A DNA stretch of 64,000 bases from Verrucomicrobiia bacterium (GCA_035495615.1 DATJFP010000021.1:9024-73023), one strand, 5' to 3'. Positions 17,391 to 28,377 are shown, counted from the first letter of the stretch. Made by a program: numbers and translations. The notes: generated by a model not told the origin, from the letters alone.

Positions 17391-19442
17391 ATGCGCGTTC
17401 ACGAACTCGCCAAAGAACTGGGAATGTCGAGCAAGGACCTGATGGCCCGCATCCGCGAGCTCGGCGGCGACGTCAGCAGCCACATGGCTGTCGTGGACGT
17501 GAATCTTCTCATGCTTATCCAGGGCAAGATCGGCCCTGCCAAAGGCAAAAAAGAAGAAGGCGAAAAGGCCCCGGCCAAGTCCGCGAAAGCCAAGCCGAAA
17601 GAAGCCGAGCCCGAAGCCGCGCCCGTTGACGCCGCGGCGGAAGAAGAGCCTGAAGCCGAACCGGCCGCGCCGGGCGCGCCCGCGGAAAAAGCCGCGGTGA
17701 AAGTCCGCTTTCCGATCACGGTGGGAAACCTGGCGGCGCTCTTGAACATCAGGATTCCGCAGATGATCAAGGCGCTCATGGAAATCGGCATCTTCGCCAA
17801 CGTGAACCAGCTTTTGAACGACGAGATCGGCATGGCGGTGGCGGAAAAAGTCGAGATCCCCATCGAGCCCGTGAAAGAAGAAGAGGAAGAAGTCAAAAAG
17901 GCCGCGGTGGAAAAGCCGGAAAACCTCAAACCCCGCCCGCCGGTGGTGACCATGATGGGCCACGTCGACCACGGTAAAACAAGCTTGCTCGACGCCATCC
18001 GCAAGACGAAGGTCGCGGCGGGGGAGCACGGCGCCATCACGCAGCACATCGGCGCTTACAACGTTTCGATTCCTGGCAAAGGCTTTGTCACGTTTCTGGA
18101 TACTCCGGGCCATGAAGCCTTCACGGCCATGCGCGCCCGCGGCGCGAATGTGACCGACGTGGTCGTGCTCGTCGTAGCGGCCGACGACGGCATCATGCCT
18201 CAGACCGTCGAAGCCATTGACCATGCGCGCGAAGCCGGATGCCCAATCGTCGTCGCGATCAACAAATGCGACCTTCCCGCGGCGAACCCGGAAAAAGTTT
18301 TGGGCGAATTGCAGAAGCGTGACCTCGTTCCCGAAGAATGGGGCGGCAAAACCATTTGCGTGAAAGTCTCCGCGAAAACCGGCAAAGGCCTCGACCAGCT
18401 TCTCGAAATGCTGCTTCTCGAAACCGAAGTGCTGGAACTCAAGGCCAATCCCAGCGCGCCCGCGTCGGGCACCGTGATCGAAGCGCGTCTTTCCAAAGGC
18501 TCCGGCCCGGTAGCAACCGTGATCGTGCAGCGCGGCACGCTGAAAATCGGTGATACCGTGCTCTGCGGCACGCAGATCGGCCGCGTGCGTTCGCTGAAAA
18601 CCGACCAGGGCAAGACCGTGAAAGACGCGGGCCCGTCGTTTGCCGTGCAGCTCAGCGGTTTGAACGGCGTTCCGGAAGCCGGTGAACCTTTCATGGTCGT
18701 CGAAGACGAAAAGAAGGCACGCCAGATCAACGAACGCCGCCTGCTCGAAAAGCGCGAGCGCGAAAGCAGCGCCTCCAAGCACCTTTCGCTCGAGACCCTT
18801 TACCAGAGAATTTCCGAAGGCAATTTCCGCGAGCTGAAACTCATCATCAAGGCCGACGTGCAGGGCTCGGTGGAAGCGCTCACGCAGTCGTTGGAGAAAG
18901 CCAGCAACGACCAGTGCCGTGTGCGCGTCATTCACGGCGGCGTCGGCGGCATCAACGAATCCGACGTCATGCTGGCCGCGGCGTCCGACGCCATCATCAT
19001 CGCCTTTCACGTGAAGACCGATCCCAAGGCCGATCAGCTCAGCAAAAAAGAAGGCGTGGACATCCATTATTACCACATCATTTACGAAGCCGTGGAGAAC
19101 ATCAGGCTGGCCATGGAAGGACTCCTCGCGCCGACGCTGGAAGAAGTGATCGAAGGCCAAATTGAGCTGCGCAAGCTCTTCAAGTCCTCGAAGGTCGGCA
19201 ACATCGGCGGCGGCATGGTCATCAAAGGAAAAGTGGCGAGAAACAATCCCGTGCGGGTGATCCGGGACCACATCGTTGTTTTCGAAGGGAAGATCGCGGC
19301 ATTGAAGCGTTTCAAGGACGACGTCCGGGACGTGAACGAAGGCTTTGAGTGCGGTATTTCGCTGAACGGGTTCGACGACATCCGTGAAGGCGACATCATA
19401 GAATCCTACCGTATTGAGAAGACGGCCACGAAGCTCCGGTAG
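17391..19442 (+). CDS. infB: Translation initiation factor IF-2, short form (683 aa)
   Basis: G-domain motifs [30 protein letters not shown]-terminal domains conserved. Starts 4 nt after the nusA stop. Confidence 0.9.
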   Translation: MRVHELAKELGMSSKDLMARIRELGGDVSSHMAVVDVNLLMLIQGKIGPAKGKKEEGEKAPAKSAKAKPKEAEPEAAPVDAAAEEEPEAEPAAPGAPAEKAAVKVRFPITVGNLAALLNIRIPQMIKALMEIGIFANVNQLLNDEIGMAVAEKVEIPIEPVKEEEEEVKKAAVEKPENLKPRPPVVTMMGHVDHGKTSLLDAIRKTKVAAGEHGAITQHIGAYNVSIPGKGFVTFLDTPGHEAFTAMRARGANVTDVVVLVVAADDGIMPQTVEAIDHAREAGCPIVVAINKCDLPAANPEKVLGELQKRDLVPEEWGGKTICVKVSAKTGKGLDQLLEMLLLETEVLELKANPSAPASGTVIEARLSKGSGPVATVIVQRGTLKIGDTVLCGTQIGRVRSLKTDQGKTVKDAGPSFAVQLSGLNGVPEAGEPFMVVEDEKKARQINERRLLEKRERESSASKHLSLETLYQRISEGNFRELKLIIKADVQGSVEALTQSLEKASNDQCRVRVIHGGVGGINESDVMLAAASDAIIIAFHVKTDPKADQLSKKEGVDIHYYHIIYEAVENIRLAMEGLLAPTLEEVIEGQIELRKLFKSSKVGNIGGGMVIKGKVARNNPVRVIRDHIVVFEGKIAALKRFKDDVRDVNEGFECGISLNGFDDIREGDIIESYRIEKTATKLR

Positions 19443-19502
19443 CAGTTCCTCAAGAGTTATCCCTTCCACAGTCCGGGAGCAAATTTTTTTCAGGAGATTG
19501 GA

Positions 19503-19898
19503 ATGCAAGGCAAGCGCACGGACCGTGTGGCCCATCTCATGCAGATGGAACTCAGCCAGCTCGTCCTGACGAAAATCAAAGACCCGCGTTTGGGCTTTGT
19601 CACGATTACGCACGTGGACGTGGCGCCGGACCTGCGTTCGGCCTGCGTTTATTTCAGCGTGCTCGGCACGCCGGAGGCCAAAAAGAATTCGCAGACCGCG
19701 CTGGAGCGGGCCGCGGGATTCCTGCAGCGGGAAGTGTCCGGCGCGATCAAGCTGAGAAACACCCCGAAGCTCGTATTCAAGCTGGACGAGTCGCTTGAAA
19801 AGGGCATGGAAATCGACGGCATTCTGAAACAGATCAAGTCGACAGACGACACAGAAGACGGAGAACCGTCGGAAAGCCAGGACCCGAGTGAAGCGTAA
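19503..19898 (+). CDS. rbfA: Ribosome-binding factor A
   Basis: RbfA signature RVAHLMQMELSQLVL...DPRLGFVTITHVDVAPDLRSACVYFSVLG. Confidence 0.85.
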   Translation: MQGKRTDRVAHLMQMELSQLVLTKIKDPRLGFVTITHVDVAPDLRSACVYFSVLGTPEAKKNSQTALERAAGFLQREVSGAIKLRNTPKLVFKLDESLEKGMEIDGILKQIKSTDDTEDGEPSESQDPSEA

Positions 19899-20880
19899 AG
19901 ACGGATTGAAACCTCTCGCCGCCGCGTTGAAGAAATACGACCGGTTCCTTCTTTCCTGCCACGTGATTCCCGAAGGCGACGCGATCGGAAGCATGCTGGC
20001 CATGCAGACGCTGCTCCAGAAGCTCGGCAAAAAAACCATGCTGGTCTGCCAGGACTCTTTCCCGGAACGCCTGTCCTGCCTTTCGAATAAAGGCTGGCAG
20101 GAAGTGCGGCACCTGAAAAGCCGCCCCGAATTCGAAGCCATGGTCCTGACCGACTGTCCCACGCTTCCGAGAATCGGCAGTGTGAAGTCGGTTCTGCGGC
20201 CGTCCACGGTGATTTTCAACATCGACCATCACATCAGCAATTCCAACTTCGGCCATTTTAACTACATCCGTCCGGACGCCGCGGCCACCGCGGAAGTGGT
20301 CTATGATATCTATGAAGAGCTGAAGGTCCCGATCAACAAAGAGACCGCGAAGAATTTGTACGTGGGTCTTGCGACTGACACCGGTTCCTTCAAATACAGC
20401 AACACGACCGCGCGTTCACACGAAGTCGCGGCGCGGCTCATCGCGACCGGCATCAACATCGAGAAGATCAACGACGACCTTCACGGCACGTATTCGCTGA
20501 GCACGATGAAGCTCTACAGCCGGCTTCTCGGGCGCGTGCGCACGGCCGGCGGCGGCAGCATCGGCTGGGTCGGAATGAAGCGCGAAGACCTGAAAGAATC
20601 CGGTGCCACGCATGAAGACGCGGAAGGCTTCATCGATTTTCTCCGTTACATTAAGCCCGTGAAAGTCGCGTTTTTCATGAGCGAGCTCGGCAGCGGGAAA
20701 AACGACAAGGCCATCCGGGTTTCGTTCCGGGCCAAAGGGCCGTACGACGTCAACAAAGTCGCGACGCATTTCAACGGCGGCGGACACAAGAAGGCCGCGG
20801 GCTGTACGATCCACGCGCCCATGAAAGAGGCGGAGCGCCGCATCGTCGAAACCCTGCGAAAGGAATTCCACTTCTCATGA
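19888..20880 (+). CDS. nrnA: DHH-family bifunctional oligoribonuclease / pAp phosphatase NrnA
   Basis: DHH motif FNIDHHISN. DHHA1-type C-terminus (GGGHKKAAG). GTG start overlaps the rbfA stop. Confidence 0.75.
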   Translation: MKRKDGLKPLAAALKKYDRFLLSCHVIPEGDAIGSMLAMQTLLQKLGKKTMLVCQDSFPERLSCLSNKGWQEVRHLKSRPEFEAMVLTDCPTLPRIGSVKSVLRPSTVIFNIDHHISNSNFGHFNYIRPDAAATAEVVYDIYEELKVPINKETAKNLYVGLATDTGSFKYSNTTARSHEVAARLIATGINIEKINDDLHGTYSLSTMKLYSRLLGRVRTAGGGSIGWVGMKREDLKESGATHEDAEGFIDFLRYIKPVKVAFFMSELGSGKNDKAIRVSFRAKGPYDVNKVATHFNGGGHKKAAGCTIHAPMKEAERRIVETLRKEFHFS

Positions 20881-21608
20881 ACTTCAAGCAGGAAGCGCTC
20901 GTGAACGGCATTATTCTCGTCGACAAGCCGCGCGACTGGACCTCGCATGATGTGTGCGCCTTCATCCGCAAGAGATTCCACGTGAAGAAAGTCGGGCACG
21001 CGGGCACGCTCGATCCGCTTGCGACCGGGCTTCTTGTCATCCTGCTCGGCAAGGCCACCAAGCAGTCGATCGTGTTTACCGGCTGCGACAAGGAATATGA
21101 AGGCGTGATGGAACTGGGCGTTCAGACCGATTCGCACGACAGGCTCGGCAAGGTGATCAAGGAATGCGAAGTCGGCGAGATTTCCGACCAGGCGCTCCTC
21201 GACAAGGCCAAAGAATTTACCGGCGAGATTATCCAGGTGCCGCCCATGGTTTCCGCGCTCAAGCACAAGGGGGTGCGGCTCTATAAACTTGCGCGGCAGG
21301 GACAGGAAGTCCCGCGCGAGGGGCGGCCCGTCATGGTGCACACGTTCCAGATCCGCAAAAGGGAAGGGAAGTTCGTTCCTTTTCTCGTCCAGGTTTCCAA
21401 GGGCACGTACGTTCGCACGCTTGTCAACGATTTCGGCCAAAGCCTTGGCTGCCTGGGAACGCTGGCCGAATTGCGCCGCCTGCGCAGCGGGCAGTTCGAC
21501 GTTTCCAAAAGCACGACGATCGACGAGCTTCGGAACCTGACGCCGCAGGATTTTGCCGCGAAAGTCCTGCCCATGAGCACGCTCAAGACGTATGCTTATT
21601 CTCAATGA
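20877..21608 (+). CDS. truB: tRNA pseudouridine(55) synthase TruB
   Basis: GIILVDKPRDWTSHDV...KVGHAGTLDPLATGLLVILLGKATK, catalytic Asp present. ATGA overlap with nrnA. Confidence 0.9.
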   Translation: MNFKQEALVNGIILVDKPRDWTSHDVCAFIRKRFHVKKVGHAGTLDPLATGLLVILLGKATKQSIVFTGCDKEYEGVMELGVQTDSHDRLGKVIKECEVGEISDQALLDKAKEFTGEIIQVPPMVSALKHKGVRLYKLARQGQEVPREGRPVMVHTFQIRKREGKFVPFLVQVSKGTYVRTLVNDFGQSLGCLGTLAELRRLRSGQFDVSKSTTIDELRNLTPQDFAAKVLPMSTLKTYAYSQ

Positions 21609-22590
21609 CATTGCCGCGTTTGTCCCCGATCCCAGGAAGCCGCTGATTCTCGCCATCGGAAATTTTGACGGGCTGCACCTCGGGCATCAGAAACTGCTCG
21701 ACCGCGTGATCAAGAGCGCGCGCCGGCAGAATGGGCGCGCCGCGGTGTTCACGTTCCGGGAGCATCCGCAGCACGTGCTGCATCCGAGCTCGAAGCCGCC
21801 GCTGCTCACGTCGCCCGAGCACAAGATCTTCCTTTTGAGCGAAGCGGGTGTGGACATCTGCTTTCTGCTGGATTTTACGCCGGCGCTTTCCCGCATGGAG
21901 CCCGAGGCGTTTGTCCGTGACGTTCTCGTGCGGAAGCTGGGCGTGCGGGAAGTTTATCTCGGTTACAACGCCCGCTTCGGCAAGGACCGCAAGGGCGACG
22001 CGCACCTGATGGCGAAACTGGCCCAGGAGTCCGGGTTTCGTTTCGGCGAACTCGAGCCGGTCAAAAAAGCCGGGGGCCTTGTTTCCAGCACCGCGATCCG
22101 GGAGCTGGTCCGCGAAGGCAGGCTGGCAAAGGTCGAAAGAAAATACGGCCGGCCGTTCAGCGTGTTCGGCAAAGTGGTTCATGGGGCCGGGCGGGGAACG
22201 AAGCTCGGGTTTCCCACGGCCAATTTCGAGGTCTCGAGCGAGATCCTGCCGCCTTTTGGAGTGTATCCGGTGCGGCTGCGGGAAATCACGCTGCGCTTTT
22301 CCGGCGCCGGAAGGTCCAGGGCGCAGGAGGTCCGGGTGCGCAAAGGGCCGTGGCTGAAAGGCATCCTGAATTACGGGTACCGTCCGACGTTCGAGCAGGG
22401 AAGGCGGGCCGTGCCGGAAGTCTTCATCCTGGATTTCCGGAAGAAGATCTACGGCCGGAGCTTTGAGATCGCTTTTTATCCGAGGATCCGGGAAGAAAAG
22501 GCTTTTAAGGGGCCGGAGGCTTTAAAAAAGCAGATTGCGACCGATATTCAGAAAGCCCGCAGCTGTTTCCGCAAACTTTCCGGCAGGTAA
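21592..22590 (+). CDS. ribF: Bifunctional riboflavin kinase / FMN adenylyltransferase RibF
   Basis: ILAIGNFDGLHLGHQKLL (FAD synthetase HxGH motif). Riboflavin kinase C-domain (GFPTANFE, LDF). Confidence 0.88.
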   Translation: MLILNDIAAFVPDPRKPLILAIGNFDGLHLGHQKLLDRVIKSARRQNGRAAVFTFREHPQHVLHPSSKPPLLTSPEHKIFLLSEAGVDICFLLDFTPALSRMEPEAFVRDVLVRKLGVREVYLGYNARFGKDRKGDAHLMAKLAQESGFRFGELEPVKKAGGLVSSTAIRELVREGRLAKVERKYGRPFSVFGKVVHGAGRGTKLGFPTANFEVSSEILPPFGVYPVRLREITLRFSGAGRSRAQEVRVRKGPWLKGILNYGYRPTFEQGRRAVPEVFILDFRKKIYGRSFEIAFYPRIREEKAFKGPEALKKQIATDIQKARSCFRKLSGR

Positions 22591-22621
22591 CAGACGTTCC
22601 CCGGCGTTTCAAAAGAAAGTC

Positions 22622-22650
22622 TTTACAAATCAGGACAAATTGACTATATT
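22622..22650 (+). promoter_or_regulatory. Candidate rpsO-pnp promoter: TTTACA, 17-nt spacer, TATATT
   Basis: Hexamers at 22622-22627 and 22645-22650 in the ribF-rpsO spacer. Confidence 0.4.
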
Positions 22651-22706
22651 GATGGGTCAAAAATAGACACAAAAGAAAATGAGACAAGGAGTTAGAGAAG
22701 ATCGTT

Positions 22707-22976
22707 ATGGCATTGACGAAAGAGAATAAAAAGAAAGTTGTGACGAAGTATCAGAAATCCAAGACCGACACCGGCTCCGCCGAGGTTCAGATTGCCCTCC
22801 TCACCGAGCGCATCAATTCGCTGGAACAGCATTTTACGGCAAATGCGAAAGACCACCATTCCCGGTACGGCCTTATCAAGATGGTCAGCCGCAGGAAAAA
22901 GCTTTTGACGTATGTTCGCAACGAAAATCCTGAGCGTTATAAGGACATCATTACCCGCCTTGAACTCAGGAAATAA
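22707..22976 (+). CDS. rpsO: 30S ribosomal protein S15
   Basis: 89 aa, MALTKENKKKVV...GSAEVQIALLTERINSLEQHF..HHSRYGLIKMVSRRKKLL. Confidence 0.95.
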   Translation: MALTKENKKKVVTKYQKSKTDTGSAEVQIALLTERINSLEQHFTANAKDHHSRYGLIKMVSRRKKLLTYVRNENPERYKDIITRLELRK

Positions 22977-23014
22977 CAGTCCCTCTCAAACTACTCGGAA
23001 TCAAGGATAATCAT

Positions 23015-25207
23015 ATGGCAATCGAAAGAGTCTCTCGTCCCCTTTCTAATAGTGACTTCATTATCGAAACCGGCAAATGGGCCAAGCAGGCCCACGGCGC
23101 CGTGACCGTGCAGCATGGCGGCACCGTCGTCATGGCCACGGCCGTTTCCGAAAGGGAAGTGGATCCTGAAAAGGATTTTTTCCCGCTCACCGTGGATTAC
23201 CGTGAAAAGCTTTATGCCGCGGGCAAGATTCCCGGCGGCTACTTCAAGCGCGAAGGGCGCCCCACGGAAAAAGAAACCCTGACCTCACGCCTCATCGACC
23301 GTCCGATCCGTTCGGCGTTCGGCAAGGATTATTACAATGAAACCCAGATCCTCGTGAACGTGCTTTCATTCGACGGGGAAAATGATCCGGACGTCCTCGC
23401 GATCAATGCGGCCTCCGCGGCGCTCATCGTCTCCGACGTGCCGTTCACAGACCCCATCAGCGCGGTCCGCGTGGGCCTGATCGGCGGCCAGCTTGTCATC
23501 AACCCGCCGATGGGCGACATGGAACAGAGCGACCTCGACCTCGTCGTGGCCGGTAACAAGCAGAAGATCATCATGATCGAAGCCGGTGCGAACGAAGTCC
23601 CCGAAGAGCAGATGATCAAGGCGCTCAAGTTCGGCCATGACGAAATCAAAAAGCTCTGCGACCTTCAGAGCGAGCTCGGCAAAAAGGTGAACAAGCCCAA
23701 GCGTGAGTTCGTGAAGCCGCAGGTTTGCGACGAAGTGAAGAAGAAAGTGGCCGCCATCGCGTCGCACCAGGCCTTCAAGCAGGCTTTCTCCGCAGGCTCC
23801 AAGGAAGGGCGCGAAGCCGCGGTGCAGTCGCTTTACAAGGACAAGGTCCTGGCCCAGCTCAAGCCCGCGGGCGAAGAAGAGTTCGACGAAAAGCCCGTGA
23901 AGACCGCTTTTGAAAAGCTCGAAAAGGAATATGTCCGCGACGTGCTCATCCTCGGCGAAGGCAAGCGAGTCGACGGCCGCGGCGCTTACGACATCCGCGA
24001 AGTGACCTGCGACGTGGGAGTACTTCCTCGCACGCATGGCTCCGCGGTGTTTACGCGCGGCCAGACCCAGGCGCTCTGCGTCACGACGCTCGGTACGGGC
24101 GACGACGAGCAGAGGATCGAAGCGCTGGAAGGCGAAGTGAAGAAGCGTTTCATGCTTCACTACAATTTCCCGCCGTCTTCTGTCGGCGAAACGGGCCGCA
24201 CCGGCGGCACCGGACGCCGCGAAATCGGCCACGGCGCTTTGGCCGAACGCGCGCTGAAGCCCGTCGTTCCCACGAGCGAAGATTTTCCGTACGTTGTCCG
24301 CCTTGTCTCCGACATTCTCGAATCCAACGGTTCCAGCTCCATGGCCACGGTTTGCGGCGGGACGCTGGCGCTCATGGATGCGGGCGTGCCGCTGAAGGCC
24401 CCGGTTGCCGGCATGGCGATCGGCCTGATCACGGACGAAAAACGTTTTAAGGTCCTGACGGACATCGCCGGCATCGAAGACCACCTCGGCGACATGGACT
24501 TCAAAGCCGCCGGAACGGCCAAGGGCCTGACCGCGCTGCAGATGGACCTCAAGATCGCGGGCATCTCGGAAGAGATCATGCTCGAAGCGTTTGATCACGC
24601 GAAGAAAGCGCGCTTCAAGATCCTGGACATCATTGCCCAGACGATCAAGCAGCCGCGCACGGAGATTTCCGAATTCGCTCCGCGCATCACCACGATCCAG
24701 ATCAATCCCGAGAAAATCGGCGCGCTCATCGGCCCCGGCGGCAAAGTCATCCGCGGGATTTGCGATGAAACCGGCGCCAAGGTTGAAATCGACGACAGCG
24801 GTCTTGTCATGATCGCATCGACCGAAGCCAAGGCCGCCGAACTCGCCGCGCAGCGTGTGCGTGAGATTACGGCCGAAGCCGAAGTCGGCGCCATCTATCA
24901 GGGCACGGTCCGCAAGCTCATGGCTTTCGGCGCCTTCTGCGAAATTCTTCCCGGCCAGGACGGGCTCTGCCACGTCTCCGAAGTCGCGGACGGTTTCGTG
25001 AAAGACGTGACCGAGTACCTTCGTGTCGGCGACGTCGTTCCCGTGAAAGTCGTCGGCGTTGAAAACGGCAAGATCAGCCTGAGCATCAAGCAGGCGAAAG
25101 AAGGCGGCTGGCCCAAGCTTCCCGAGGGCGCTGAGCGCGATACGATCAGCCCGCCGTCGGAACGCAGCAGGGGCGGCGGCCGCGATCGCAGCCGTTCGCG
25201 CCGTTAA
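23015..25207 (+). CDS. pnp: Polyribonucleotide nucleotidyltransferase (PNPase)
   Basis: Two RNase PH domains, KH (GPGGKVIRGI) and S1 domains. Gly/Arg-rich C-terminal tail. Confidence 0.95.
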   Translation: MAIERVSRPLSNSDFIIETGKWAKQAHGAVTVQHGGTVVMATAVSEREVDPEKDFFPLTVDYREKLYAAGKIPGGYFKREGRPTEKETLTSRLIDRPIRSAFGKDYYNETQILVNVLSFDGENDPDVLAINAASAALIVSDVPFTDPISAVRVGLIGGQLVINPPMGDMEQSDLDLVVAGNKQKIIMIEAGANEVPEEQMIKALKFGHDEIKKLCDLQSELGKKVNKPKREFVKPQVCDEVKKKVAAIASHQAFKQAFSAGSKEGREAAVQSLYKDKVLAQLKPAGEEEFDEKPVKTAFEKLEKEYVRDVLILGEGKRVDGRGAYDIREVTCDVGVLPRTHGSAVFTRGQTQALCVTTLGTGDDEQRIEALEGEVKKRFMLHYNFPPSSVGETGRTGGTGRREIGHGALAERALKPVVPTSEDFPYVVRLVSDILESNGSSSMATVCGGTLALMDAGVPLKAPVAGMAIGLITDEKRFKVLTDIAGIEDHLGDMDFKAAGTAKGLTALQMDLKIAGISEEIMLEAFDHAKKARFKILDIIAQTIKQPRTEISEFAPRITTIQINPEKIGALIGPGGKVIRGICDETGAKVEIDDSGLVMIASTEAKAAELAAQRVREITAEAEVGAIYQGTVRKLMAFGAFCEILPGQDGLCHVSEVADGFVKDVTEYLRVGDVVPVKVVGVENGKISLSIKQAKEGGWPKLPEGAERDTISPPSERSRGGGRDRSRSRR

Positions 25208-25210
25208 GAC

Positions 25211-25660
25211 ATGAAGGAATACGAAGTCCAGATTAAGCTCCAGCCCCATTTCGAGGGGCTGGAGCTTCCTCAGTACCAGACCGCGGGTTCCAGCGGGCTG
25301 GATTTACTGGCCGCTTGCGACGCGGACATTGTCCTGCGTCCCGGCGAGCGCGCCCTGATCCCCACCGGGATTTCCATTTCCCTGCCTCAAGGAACCGAGG
25401 CCCAGGTCCGCCCTCGCAGCGGGCTTGCCATCAAGCATGGCGTTACCCTGCTCAACTCCCCGGGCACGATCGACGCCGATTACCGCGGTGAAATCAAGGT
25501 CATTGCCATCAATCTGGGGCAGGAAACCTTCACGGTCACCCGCGGCATGCGCATCGCCCAAATGGTGATGGCGGAAGTCATCAAGGCCAAGCTGGTTGTT
25601 GCCGATAATTTAAGCACTACCGCTCGCGGCAGCGGCGGCTTCGGCCATACCGGCCATTAA
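25211..25660 (+). CDS. dut: dUTP diphosphatase
   Basis: dUTPase motifs [33 protein letters not shown]. Confidence 0.92.
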   Translation: MKEYEVQIKLQPHFEGLELPQYQTAGSSGLDLLAACDADIVLRPGERALIPTGISISLPQGTEAQVRPRSGLAIKHGVTLLNSPGTIDADYRGEIKVIAINLGQETFTVTRGMRIAQMVMAEVIKAKLVVADNLSTTARGSGGFGHTGH

Positions 25661-25704
25661 CTTTCTGTAACGCCACAACTTAGGCAAATCCGGCTTCACT
25701 CGAC

Positions 25705-28110
25705 ATGCGAAAAGAGCGAATCAACGAAATCTGGGGAGTCTTTTTCCTTTTGCTGGGGCTTTTTACGCTCGCGAGCCTGCTTTCTTTCGAGCCTAAAGAC
25801 ATCCCGTTTTATACCTCGCATCCCTTTGCCCCGATCCAGAATTACACGGGCGTCATCGGCGCGTACGCCGCGTTCGGCCTCGTCATCACGTTCGGCATCA
25901 GCGCTTATCTCATTCCCATGCTTTTCCTGCTGTGGTCGGGGTGCTTCTTCCTCCAGAAAGTCCCCGAGCGCAAAGTCTTCAAATTCCTGGGCCTGGCCAT
26001 CGCGCTTTTTTCCACGGCAACGCTCGTCGCGATTTCCGTGGCGGCCGAGGCGCGCTTTGACGAGGGCGGCGCCATCGGCTATCTCGCGGGCAGCCATCTC
26101 CTAAAATATTTCGGTCCGGTCGGCAGCTACATCGTCGCGGGTTCGTGTCTCCTGCTGTCGCTGCTTCTGGCGACAGACTTCCTGATTTATCCCGTGGTCA
26201 AAAAGATTTTCCAGAAGGGCCGCGCCACGATCCATTTCTCCGCGGAAAAAATCAGCGAGATCAAAGAAGAGATTTCCGATCTGACGCATGCGTTCAAACC
26301 GGCGTCGGCCGCGGCTAAGTCCGCTCCGGCTGCGAAAGCCGCCAAGGCTCCCGCCGCCGCGAAGGAAAAAGAGCCGCCCGCGCCGAAACTGCCGCCGATC
26401 GAAATGAAAGTGAAACGCTACCAGCCGGACGTGCCCGAGGAAGACGCTCAGGCCGAAGACAAGTCAAAGAAATCCAAAGAAAAAGACATCGAAGCGCCCG
26501 CGGCGAAAAAGCAGCAGCCGGCCGCGCCGCTTTCCGCTCCCGCGGCCGCTCTTCCTGCCGCGCCGTCCAAGCCCAAGGAAGAATCCGAAAACCGCCACGA
26601 AGGCGTGGTCGGTTCCAAGGCCGCGGCCGAATACAAGTTTCCGTCCATCGAACTCTTGAAGCGCCCGTCCGCCGGCCAGGCGAAGAACGATGACCTTCAG
26701 GGCAATTCCAGGCTCCTCGAAGAGACGCTCATGCGCTTTGGCATTGAAGTCAAAGTCGTGGAAGTCGAACAGGGCCCGGTCATCACGCGCTATGAGCTTC
26801 TCCCCGCGCCAGGCGTCAAAGTCAATTCCATCACGGCGCTGCAGGACGACCTGGCGCTCGCCTTGAAGGCGCGCAGCATCCGCCTCATTGTTCCGATCCC
26901 CGGGAAATCTGCCGTGGGCGTGGAAGTCCCGAACCTCGTTTCCAGCGTGGTCAGCCTGCGCGAGCTGATCGATTCCGCGCATTTTCGCGCGAAGAAAGCG
27001 GAGCTTCCGCTGGTGCTCGGCAAAGACACAAGCGGCAAGACCCTCATCGCGGACCTGTCCGTCATGCCGCACATCCTGATCGCGGGGACGACGGGCAGCG
27101 GCAAGACCGTTTGCGTGAACTCCATCATCACCGGCCTTCTTTATAATTCCACGCCCGAGCAGCTTAAGCTCGTCATGATCGATCCGAAAATGGTGGAGCT
27201 CGCGGTCTACAACAAGATTCCGCACATGCTGACGCCGGTGGTCACGAACGTGAAAAAAGCCGCGCACACGCTCAACTGGGTCGTGAATGAAATGGAAAAC
27301 CGTTACAAGCTGCTGGCGACCTGCGGCGTGCGCAACATCCAGACGTTTAATGCCCGCCCCATGAGCGAAGAGGCTCTGCAGGCAATCCAGGGCAAGGAAG
27401 AGTCCGAGAACGTGATTCCCGCGAAGCTGCCGTACATCGTCGTGATCATTGACGAGCTCGCCGACCTCATGCTGACCGCGGCCGACAAGGTCGAGCCCGC
27501 GATTGCGCGCCTCGCCCAGCTTGCGCGCGCTGTCGGCATTCATTTGATCCTTGCGACGCAGCGCCCTTCGGTGGACGTCATCACGGGCGTGATCAAGGCC
27601 AACTTTCCCGCGCGCATTTCGTTTAAGGTCGCATCAAAGGTCGATTCTCGCACGGTGCTGGATGCGAACGGCGCGGATAAATTGCTCGGCAGGGGCGACA
27701 TGCTTTTCATGAAGCCCGGCGACGAAAAGCCCACGCGCGGCCAGGCCCCGCTCGTCGTGGACGAAGAAATCAACGGGGTGGTGGATTTCTGGTCGAACCA
27801 GGCCAAGCCCGAATATCATCCGGAAATCGCGACCGCGCAGGAGGGCAAGTCTTCCCTCGAAGGCGGCGGAGAAAAAGACGAACTGTTCGACGAAGCCGTG
27901 GCCGTGGTCCTGGAAACAGGGCAGGCCTCGACCTCGAACCTGCAGCGCCGCCTGCGCCTCGGCTACACGCGCGCGGCCCGCATCATCGACCAGATGGAAG
28001 CCGAAGGCATTATCGGCCCCACCCAGGGCGCCAAGCCGCGCGAAATCCTCATCGCCCAGCACCAGCCCGCGGCCGTTGCCCACCCGTCCGCCGAGTCCGA
28101 ATCCGCCTAA
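25705..28110 (+). CDS. ftsK: DNA translocase FtsK
   Basis: N-terminal 4-TM domain, Pro/Ala/Lys-rich linker, Walker A GTTGSGKT, Walker B VVIIDELADLM, and a C-terminal gamma winged-helix. Confidence 0.92.
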   Translation: MRKERINEIWGVFFLLLGLFTLASLLSFEPKDIPFYTSHPFAPIQNYTGVIGAYAAFGLVITFGISAYLIPMLFLLWSGCFFLQKVPERKVFKFLGLAIALFSTATLVAISVAAEARFDEGGAIGYLAGSHLLKYFGPVGSYIVAGSCLLLSLLLATDFLIYPVVKKIFQKGRATIHFSAEKISEIKEEISDLTHAFKPASAAAKSAPAAKAAKAPAAAKEKEPPAPKLPPIEMKVKRYQPDVPEEDAQAEDKSKKSKEKDIEAPAAKKQQPAAPLSAPAAALPAAPSKPKEESENRHEGVVGSKAAAEYKFPSIELLKRPSAGQAKNDDLQGNSRLLEETLMRFGIEVKVVEVEQGPVITRYELLPAPGVKVNSITALQDDLALALKARSIRLIVPIPGKSAVGVEVPNLVSSVVSLRELIDSAHFRAKKAELPLVLGKDTSGKTLIADLSVMPHILIAGTTGSGKTVCVNSIITGLLYNSTPEQLKLVMIDPKMVELAVYNKIPHMLTPVVTNVKKAAHTLNWVVNEMENRYKLLATCGVRNIQTFNARPMSEEALQAIQGKEESENVIPAKLPYIVVIIDELADLMLTAADKVEPAIARLAQLARAVGIHLILATQRPSVDVITGVIKANFPARISFKVASKVDSRTVLDANGADKLLGRGDMLFMKPGDEKPTRGQAPLVVDEEINGVVDFWSNQAKPEYHPEIATAQEGKSSLEGGGEKDELFDEAVAVVLETGQASTSNLQRRLRLGYTRAARIIDQMEAEGIIGPTQGAKPREILIAQHQPAAVAHPSAESESA

Positions 28111-28128
28111 AAACACCCGAATGATTCA

Positions 28129-28157
28129 TTGACCCGGAATGCCCCATTTTTTATAAT
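28129..28157 (+). promoter_or_regulatory. Candidate sigma70 promoter: TTGACC, 17-nt spacer, TATAAT, upstream of tRNA-Asn
   Basis: Hexamers at 28129-28134 and 28152-28157. The leader would be ~135 nt, which is long for a tRNA. Confidence 0.35.
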
Positions 28158-28297
28158 AATGGGCCGTTTTTAAGGAATTATCCCCGGTCCTTGCCGGGTA
28201 AGCAGTTGTAACGATTTTTCCCTGTCCCGCGTTGATGACGCTGGACTGCGCTGGCGGAGCCGATAGTTTCCGTTCCGCGTGCGGGAATAAAAGACAT

Positions 28298-28370
28298 TCC
28301 CCTGTAGCTCAGTTGGTAGAGCAAGTGACTGTTAATCACTTTGTCCCTGGTTCGAGCCCAGGCGGGGGAG
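28298..28370 (+). tRNA. tRNA-Asn (anticodon GTT), CCA not encoded
   Basis: Close match to canonical bacterial tRNA-Asn (TCCxCTGTAGCTCAGTTGGTAGAGC...CTGTTAATC...GGTTCGAGCCC). Acceptor TCCCCTG/CGGGGGA, discriminator G followed by TTT. Confidence 0.85.
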
Positions 28371-28377
28371 TTTATAA

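Noticed and set aside
16116-20222. 1,368-aa minus-strand ORF spanning nusA-infB-rbfA
   Set aside because: Antisense shadow ORF produced by GC3 bias. Its translation is low-complexity (Arg/Gly/Ala/Phe-rich) with no domain features, while the plus-strand genes have unmistakable NusA/IF2/RbfA motifs
23366-25249. 627-aa minus-strand ORF antisense to pnp
   Set aside because: Same shadow-ORF effect. PNPase on the plus strand is unambiguous
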